Virus record (IMG/VR): IMGVR_UViG_2802429250_000004
Direction: 5' to 3' (one strand)
Source: a virus
Taxonomy: Duplodnaviria > Heunggongvirae > Uroviricota > Caudoviricetes
Length of the DNA: 41,302 nt
The position numbers were made by a program, and so were the translations under genes. This document shows positions 39,323-41,302 of the stretch, piece by piece. Position 1 is the first letter of the stretch. Each line of letters begins with the position of its first letter. Under the pieces are notes generated by a model. The model ran no database searches, was not told the DNA's origin, and was given only the letters and a program-made list of their open reading frames with translations.

Positions 39323-41302
39323 ATGACAGACATTACAGCCAATGTGATTGTATCGATGCCTTCGCAACTCTTCACTATGGCACGTTCTTTTAAAGCCGTA
39401 GCCAATGGCAAAATTTATATCGGTAAAATTGACACTGACCCGGTAAACCCTGAAAACCAGATTCAGGTTTATGTGGAGAACGAAGACGGTTCTCACGTTC
39501 CTGTTTCGCAACCCATCATCATTAACGCTGCTGGATATCCGGTATATAACGGACAGATTGCCAAGTTCGTAACTGTGCAAGGACATTCTATGGCTGTGTA
39601 CGATGCATATGGGGCGCAGCAGTTCTATTTCCCTAATGTGTTGAAGTACGACCCGGATCAGCTTCGCCAGCAGTTAGAAGATCCTGATGGTGTTATGAAA
39701 TATCCACTTCTTCAGATATCAAGATGGCGTGATGAGGGGGATGTTCGTGCTTGGGGGGCAAGAGGAGATTATATAACTGATGACACGGAAGCAATAATTG
39801 CTGCTGATGAATGGTGTGCGCAAAATGGGAAAGCACTATATTTTCCTCACGGTCAATTTAGATGCTCAAATGGGATTGAGAAAAAAGCAGCGGAATGGAG
39901 GGGGGTATTCTCTCCTAAAATGGGTGCTTTCCCAAACTGGCAGGACGATAAGAGATTTCTGAGGCCGGGATACAAAAATAAAATTCCAGGGACAACATTA
40001 ATATTCTCAGGTACTGGTATTGCGAAAGGAAGCACTGTAAGAAGTTCACCATACGATAGCTTTACTTATTGTGTAAAAGACGGAGCAGGTGACAGCTCAC
40101 CACGCTCAATGACAAATATTGCTATCGTTATGGATATGGATGTCTTAAATGAAAGTGGGGAATTAACAGGCATTTCATCTGATAATCGTTCTAATTATGA
40201 TGTTGGGCTGTTCTGCAACGATGTTACGAGGGGGAGGTACGAAAATATAACGGTGTGGGGGTATTTCCCAGTTGCAGGGGTTATTCATTATGGATCAGAC
40301 CCTGATGGTACAAAGTTCATAAACGGATCTTCGTCTGGCAATGTTGGATTTATAGTTCTTGGAACAGGCAGCCACGGTCTAAGTGAAACCAGATGGGATA
40401 ATTGGGATTTGTATGCAAACGACCATCACTCTCGGCAAACAGGACAATTTAATAGTACGGCATTAGTTATTGATGGCGGTGGGTTCTCTATTAATGGACA
40501 TTATATTACAGGCGGTCGAATTCAGCAGTATGGTAATGATGCTATAAAATTATATAGCGCCAATAATGTTGTTTTTCAAAGTGTGGTGATGGAGCTTCCT
40601 GATTACACATCTGACCCTACAGCCAATACCTCAAGGTTCGTTGGTGATGACACCACTGGCGATGTTTATTTTATTGGGTGCAGATTTACAGACGATCCAG
40701 TTTATAAGGATGCCTCATGTATTGGGAACTCCGCTGGGGGGAGTGTGATATTGGTTGGTGGCCCATCTTGGCGTGGATTTGATGTCTGGCATAAGGGTAA
40801 AGGATTGCGTGCCAGGGCAGAAACACAGACAGATGGAACTACAGATAGCTCTATTCAGTTTGGCGATTCTGCTAATTCTACTGTTAGTGGTTTAAAAATA
40901 TATCGTGATGATAGTGATGAAAATAAATTGAAGTTTAGATATGGAACTTCTGACGTAATGGTTCTTGATAAAGATGGCAATCTTAAGCCAGAAGTCAATC
41001 TAATAAAAAAACAAGTAAATGAAGCGACTACTTTACCAGTCATTTCCGGGGCAATAACTGTAACCCGCTCATTCCACCGTTTATCTGGAGGAAGGGTTGA
41101 TTTAACCACGATTAATGGTGGTACGCAATGGCAAAGGTTGCTTCTTGGGATTGCAACTTCATCAGATATCGTTACCCTGAAAGACATGTCTGGTAATTTG
41201 CGTCTCAATGGTGATTGGGTCCCTAATAGTGGTCTTGATAGAATAGAACTTCAATTTGATGGAGTTTATTGGTGTGAGATTTCACGATCAATTAATTCAT
41301 AA
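39323..41302 (+). CDS. gp9: Tailspike (P22-type N-terminal head-binding domain, divergent receptor-binding domain)
   Basis: 659 aa; N-terminus [113 protein letters not shown] matches the conserved P22-family head-binding domain; the remainder is AT-rich, Gly/Asp-rich and beta-helix-like, unlike P22 gp9. Confidence 0.85.
   Translation: MTDITANVIVSMPSQLFTMARSFKAVANGKIYIGKIDTDPVNPENQIQVYVENEDGSHVPVSQPIIINAAGYPVYNGQIAKFVTVQGHSMAVYDAYGAQQFYFPNVLKYDPDQLRQQLEDPDGVMKYPLLQISRWRDEGDVRAWGARGDYITDDTEAIIAADEWCAQNGKALYFPHGQFRCSNGIEKKAAEWRGVFSPKMGAFPNWQDDKRFLRPGYKNKIPGTTLIFSGTGIAKGSTVRSSPYDSFTYCVKDGAGDSSPRSMTNIAIVMDMDVLNESGELTGISSDNRSNYDVGLFCNDVTRGRYENITVWGYFPVAGVIHYGSDPDGTKFINGSSSGNVGFIVLGTGSHGLSETRWDNWDLYANDHHSRQTGQFNSTALVIDGGGFSINGHYITGGRIQQYGNDAIKLYSANNVVFQSVVMELPDYTSDPTANTSRFVGDDTTGDVYFIGCRFTDDPVYKDASCIGNSAGGSVILVGGPSWRGFDVWHKGKGLRARAETQTDGTTDSSIQFGDSANSTVSGLKIYRDDSDENKLKFRYGTSDVMVLDKDGNLKPEVNLIKKQVNEATTLPVISGAITVTRSFHRLSGGRVDLTTINGGTQWQRLLLGIATSSDIVTLKDMSGNLRLNGDWVPNSGLDRIELQFDGVYWCEISRSINS

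Overview
The window reads as one complete-looking temperate lambdoid phage/prophage genome of about 41.3 kb, running from the integrase (stop codon at position 1) to the tailspike (stop at 41300-41302). It is mosaic. The left arm (minus strand) carries int-xis, a block of small accessory genes, a Sak4-type recombination module with an SSB-like partner, lambda-type Kil and CIII, an AT-rich cargo island and a P22-type N antiterminator with nutL. The immunity region has a LexA-like CI with an apparently leaderless start, Cro, nutR and lambda-type CII. Replication is an O-like initiator plus a Toprim/DnaB-type primase-helicase. The nin region, Q, PR'/tR' and the S-R-Rz/Rz1 lysis cassette look lambda-identical from memory. 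The morphogenesis module is P22-like (gp3, gp2, gp1, gp8, gp5, gp4, gp10, gp26, gp14, gp7, gp20, gp16, tailspike), with an immI-type mnt/arc/ant region between gp16 and the tailspike. The best candidates for an undescribed system are two lysogeny-linked ClpP-fold serine peptidase-like genes, each sitting directly downstream of a repressor: a 334-aa gene in the rexAB-equivalent slot next to cI, and a 178-aa ClpP-like gene translationally coupled to mnt, flanked by further cargo (YjzC-like, HExxH and secreted proteins). No tRNA, rRNA or CRISPR array was seen. All homology calls are from reading the translated ORFs and recall of reference phage proteins; no search was run, and start codons were chosen by eye from RBS context.
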